DNA of 38,237 nt from the NCBI GenBank assembly GCA_038129925.1, contig JAYPMN010000001.1, positions 1-38,237 of the forward strand. The letters are read 5' to 3'. Source of the stretch: Flavobacteriaceae bacterium. Lineage in GTDB: Bacteria > Bacteroidota > Bacteroidia > Flavobacteriales > Flavobacteriaceae. Shown here in pieces: positions 34,667 through 38,237 of the stretch. Under the pieces are notes generated by a model that was not told where the DNA came from, did no database searches, and saw only the letters and a program-made list of their open reading frames with translations. The translations under genes and the position numbers were made by a program. The stretch's first letter is position 1, and each line of letters opens with the position of its first letter.

Positions 34667-37447
34667 ATGAAAAACATTTTGGATGTCGATCCGAAGCAAA
34701 ACATCATCATCAAGGGAGCCCATCTGCACAACTTAAAGCATGTGGATTTAGTGATTCCCCGAAATAAATTAACGGTGATGACCGGTTTGTCTGGCTCAGG
34801 GAAATCCTCTTTAGCTTTTGATACCCTCTACGCAGAAGGACAAAGAAGGTATGTAGAAAGTCTTTCGTCTTATGCACGTCAGTTTATGGGGAGGTTGAGC
34901 AAACCCAAAGTAGATTTTATCAAAGGCTTAGCACCAGCTATAGCGGTTGAACAAAAAGTAAATACCTCAAATCCTAGATCAACTGTAGGTACTAAAACAG
35001 AGATTTACGATTACATCAAACTCCTCTTCGCACGAATTGGAAAAACCTACTCCCCTGTTTCAAATAGAGAGGTAAAAAAAGATACTGTTACCGATGTGGT
35101 AAATCAAATTAAAAGGTTGGAGGCCGGGGACAAGCTCTTGCTGCTCGCTCCTATCGAAAAAGAAGGCGATCGCAGCATAGAAGAAAAAATAAAAATATTC
35201 ATACAGCAAGGATTTGCCCGTATTTACAATCAGGGTAAAACTCTTTCTTTAGATCGTTTGGTTGAAGCACCGAAAGACGGGTTTGATTTGGTTATTGACC
35301 GTCTAGTAGTGCGCCATGAAGAAGACTTTTATAACAGGATTGCAGATGCAGTAGAAATGGCGTTTTACGAAGGAAAGGGCTATTGTTCTCTATTGAAACT
35401 AAAAGATGAAAAACGAACTGAATTTTCAAATAAATTTGAGTTGGACGGTATGGATTTTATCCAACCCAATGTGCACCTTTTCAGCTTTAACAACCCGTTA
35501 GGTGCCTGTCCAAACTGTGAAGGATTTGGGGATGTCATCGGTATAGATCCAGAGTTGGTAGTACCTGACACCAGCCTCTCAATTTACGATCACGCAATTG
35601 TACCTTGGAGAGGAACAGGAATGCGGAAGTTTTACACCAAACTTATCGATCAAGCCTACCGCTTTGATTTTCCGATACACAAACCCTATTTCGAACTATC
35701 CAAGGAGCAAAGAGACTTGGTATGGAATGGCAACTCCTATTTCACTGGGATTCATGGTTTCTTTAAAAAAATAGAAGCCAAAAATTATAAAATTCAAAAT
35801 CGAGTATTACTCTCGCGTTACAGAGGTAAAACTTCGTGTAATCTTTGTAAAGGATCCAGGCTTAAAGAAGCCGCTGAATATGTCAAAATAGCAGGTAAAA
35901 GTCTACCCGAATTACTCCAAATCTCAATTGATGAACTGACAGTGTTTTTTAGTCAACTCAAATTGGACCAACATGATACTGAAATTGCAAGCAGGCTTTT
36001 AAAAGAGATCAACAGCAGACTCACTTTTGTTCAAGAAGTTGGTTTGGGATATCTGACACTCAATCGTCGTTCCAACAGTTTGTCTGGCGGCGAGTCTCAA
36101 CGGATTCAACTGGCTACTTCCTTGGGCAGCAGTTTGGTTGGATCGATGTATATACTGGATGAACCCTCGATAGGTTTACATTCTAGGGACAACAAAAAGT
36201 TGATAGAAGTCATAAAGAGTTTAAAGAACTTAGGCAATACTGTAATTGTGGTTGAACACGACGAAGATATCATGGAGGCTGCAGATCATATCGTAGATAT
36301 AGGACCTGAAGCAGGAACCTTCGGTGGTGAAATTGTTGCTCAAGGACCGTTTAAAAAGATTTTAAAAAGCAAAGGACTTACCTCTGATTACCTGAACGGT
36401 AATCTGCAAATCGAGCTGCCAAAGAAAAGAAGAAAAAGCAGTAAAAAATTAAAGCTCAAAGGGGCGCGTGAACACAACTTAAAAAATATCAATATTGAGA
36501 TCCCTTTGGGGTGTTTAACCGTAGTCAGTGGAGTCTCAGGAAGTGGTAAAACGAGTTTAGTCAAAAAAATCCTCTATCCTGCCCTATTGCGAACATTCGA
36601 TATCTACAGCCACAAACCTGGCTCATTCACTAACTTAGGAGGGGATTTAGATACTCTTAAAAGCGTTGAATTTGTAGATCAAAACCCTATTGGCAGATCG
36701 TCTCGATCTAATCCAGTAACCTACATCAAGGCCTATGACGAAATTAGAGCTCTTTTTGCTTCTAACAAATTGTCAAAGCACAGAGGTTATTTGCCAAAAC
36801 ATTTCTCCTTTAATGTAGATGGAGGCCGCTGTGAACAATGCAAAGGAGAGGGATCGATCACCATCGAAATGCAATTCATGGCCGATGTAATTTTAGAATG
36901 CGAGCATTGTAAGGGCAAACGTTTTAAAAAAGAGATTCAAGAAGTAAAATTTAATGACGTATCTATAGATCAGTTGTTAGACATGACTGTAGATTCTGCT
37001 ATTTCCTTTTTTGAAAGGCATCGAGTCAAAAAAATCATTCAAAAGCTACAACCGCTTCAAGATGTAGGATTAGGCTATGTCACCTTAGGACAATCCTCAG
37101 CAACGCTTTCAGGTGGTGAAGCTCAGCGAATCAAACTCGCCTCATTTATCAGTCAGGGCACTACCAAAGAAAAAGTGCTTTTTATTTTTGATGAACCCAC
37201 TACAGGGCTCCATTTTCACGACATACAAAAATTAATTGCATCATTTAATGCGCTAATTGAACGCGGACATTCTATCGTTGTAGTTGAACACAATCTCGAA
37301 CTCATCAAATGCGCAGATCATCTTATTGATTTAGGTCCTGAAGCGGGAGATCAAGGGGGCTATCTAGTAGGCCAAGGAACCCCAGAATATATTGCGAGTT
37401 TAGAAAATTCACATACTGGCAAATACCTGTCCAAAAAACTCGCCTAA
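34667..37447 (+). CDS. uvrA: excinuclease ABC subunit A (UvrA family; zinc module 1 ligands absent)
   Basis: 926 aa. It has two ABC modules (GLSGSGKSSLAFDT and GVSGSGKTSL; LSGGESQR and LSGGEAQR). Zinc motifs CPNCEGFG...CNLCKG and CEQCKGEG...CEHCKGKR are present. Confidence 0.9.
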   Translation: MKNILDVDPKQNIIIKGAHLHNLKHVDLVIPRNKLTVMTGLSGSGKSSLAFDTLYAEGQRRYVESLSSYARQFMGRLSKPKVDFIKGLAPAIAVEQKVNTSNPRSTVGTKTEIYDYIKLLFARIGKTYSPVSNREVKKDTVTDVVNQIKRLEAGDKLLLLAPIEKEGDRSIEEKIKIFIQQGFARIYNQGKTLSLDRLVEAPKDGFDLVIDRLVVRHEEDFYNRIADAVEMAFYEGKGYCSLLKLKDEKRTEFSNKFELDGMDFIQPNVHLFSFNNPLGACPNCEGFGDVIGIDPELVVPDTSLSIYDHAIVPWRGTGMRKFYTKLIDQAYRFDFPIHKPYFELSKEQRDLVWNGNSYFTGIHGFFKKIEAKNYKIQNRVLLSRYRGKTSCNLCKGSRLKEAAEYVKIAGKSLPELLQISIDELTVFFSQLKLDQHDTEIASRLLKEINSRLTFVQEVGLGYLTLNRRSNSLSGGESQRIQLATSLGSSLVGSMYILDEPSIGLHSRDNKKLIEVIKSLKNLGNTVIVVEHDEDIMEAADHIVDIGPEAGTFGGEIVAQGPFKKILKSKGLTSDYLNGNLQIELPKKRRKSSKKLKLKGAREHNLKNINIEIPLGCLTVVSGVSGSGKTSLVKKILYPALLRTFDIYSHKPGSFTNLGGDLDTLKSVEFVDQNPIGRSSRSNPVTYIKAYDEIRALFASNKLSKHRGYLPKHFSFNVDGGRCEQCKGEGSITIEMQFMADVILECEHCKGKRFKKEIQEVKFNDVSIDQLLDMTVDSAISFFERHRVKKIIQKLQPLQDVGLGYVTLGQSSATLSGGEAQRIKLASFISQGTTKEKVLFIFDEPTTGLHFHDIQKLIASFNALIERGHSIVVVEHNLELIKCADHLIDLGPEAGDQGGYLVGQGTPEYIASLENSHTGKYLSKKLA

Positions 37448-37449
37448 AT

Positions 37450-38237
37450 TCATTTTAAATCTCTATTATAATTTTTTAATCGCTTAATCACAGCCTCGAT
37501 ATCTGAAGACCATCGTAAGAGAAAAAGTGGAATCATAAAAAGAGCAACTATCAGTAAACTTCTGATCGCGATTGAAAAGAAAGGATGGACCATTGTTGGG
37601 ATAGAATAAATGACCCCGTAGATCAAAAAAATACTCACCACTATACTTAAGGACTTACTATTGTAGGGATGAATTTTATAGACTACATAAATCAATAGAA
37701 TTTTACAAATATTGATGAATACGATGACCATTAGTGTAGCTAGAGCAGCACCAATAATACCGTAAGCATTGATAAAGTAATAGTTTAAAACTACAGCAAG
37801 CACCGCTGAACTCACAGAAAACCAAAAGACATAAGCATAATATTTTGAATTGCTAATAATGTTGTTTAGACAGCCCATAGACATGCTGAAAAATTTTCCT
37901 AAAGAAACAATAATAACGACACTAAATGCAGAAGCATAACCTTCTTGGTTAATAATCTCGTAAAAATCTAATAGGTTTAAGTTGATGATTAAAAAAGCCA
38001 AGCCACTGACAACCATCAAATTCGTACTGCTCTTTTTTAGTAAGGTTTCCAAACGGCTTAAATCATTACTATTTAATGCCGATGCAACCAAGGGGCTGGT
38101 AATTTGAAACATCGCCCTGCCTGGGGCTTCTACGACTGCAGCTATATACAGGGCAACAGCATAAAAGGCAACATTTTCGTCTGTGGTAATGGCGAAAATC
38201 ATGGACTTGTCTATATCCAAAATAAAACTAGCTGCAG
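37450..38237 (-). CDS. polysaccharide biosynthesis / Wzx-like flippase (MOP superfamily), 5'-truncated by the window edge
   Basis: The frame stays open to the window end, so the track's TTG at 38220 is internal. It has at least six hydrophobic helices and a basic C-terminal tail typical of flippase C-terminal halves. Confidence 0.55.
   Translation of the reverse strand, partial: AASFILDIDKSMIFAITTDENVAFYAVALYIAAVVEAPGRAMFQITSPLVASALNSNDLSRLETLLKKSSTNLMVVSGLAFLIINLNLLDFYEIINQEGYASAFSVVIIVSLGKFFSMSMGCLNNIISNSKYYAYVFWFSVSSAVLAVVLNYYFINAYGIIGAALATLMVIVFINICKILLIYVVYKIHPYNSKSLSIVVSIFLIYGVIYSIPTMVHPFFSIAIRSLLIVALFMIPLFLLRWSSDIEAVIKRLKNYNRDLK

Noticed and set aside
1-38237. I scanned the gaps for tRNA, rRNA, tmRNA, CRISPR repeats, transposase or integrase genes, terminal inverted repeats, toxin-antitoxin pairs and defence-system signatures.
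   Set aside because: No intergenic gap exceeds about 255 nt. None shows cloverleaf-like or repeat-spacer structure, and no ORF has recombinase, nuclease-NTPase or other mobile or defence hallmarks. The window looks like conserved core chromosome.

Overview
This is an AT-rich, tightly packed chromosomal core region, roughly nine-tenths coding. It looks like a Bacteroidota (Flavobacteriia-type) genome. Three things support that: Bacteroidetes-style ParE/ParC, no Shine-Dalgarno sequences, and exact TAnnTTTG -7 promoter boxes in front of most transcription units.

I call 39 protein-coding features, almost all housekeeping:
- aroB (5'-truncated), ppc with an upstream Lrp/AsnC regulator, and an M14 carboxypeptidase.
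- An HTH-lipoprotein-TerC unit, then parE-parC.
- A Dabb protein plus a clan GH-A glycosidase, a SulP transporter broken by one in-frame TAG, and ychF-yhhN.
- A ChbG/YdjC deacetylase, and a ferredoxin divergent from a LuxC-like acyl-CoA reductase.
- serC-serA, msrA-folE, and a LolD-like ATPase coupled to a TIGR02757 protein.
- An Nramp-pxpA-pxpB-pxpC cluster followed by a degenerate dihydroorotase-like protein and an esterase.
- An MBL hydrolase, a 477-aa protein I cannot place, bcp, a cysteine-free nth, and an ECF-type sigma factor with a small unlisted downstream ORF.
- uvrA and a 5'-truncated flippase-like gene.

I found no rRNA, tRNA, CRISPR array, transposase, integrase or obvious defence or accessory island. 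I do not see a convincing novel multi-gene system, so the window reads as ordinary core genome.

The observations most worth a second look are:
- the amber-interrupted SulP gene;
- the unassigned 477-aa protein;
- a perfect 14-bp palindrome made of two divergent -7 boxes;
- a 14-bp hairpin abutting the sigma-factor start codon;
- the catalytically degenerate DHOase-like protein;
- the Fe-S-less Nth;
- a UvrA that lacks the first zinc-module ligands.

All family assignments come from motif recognition by eye, not from database searches.
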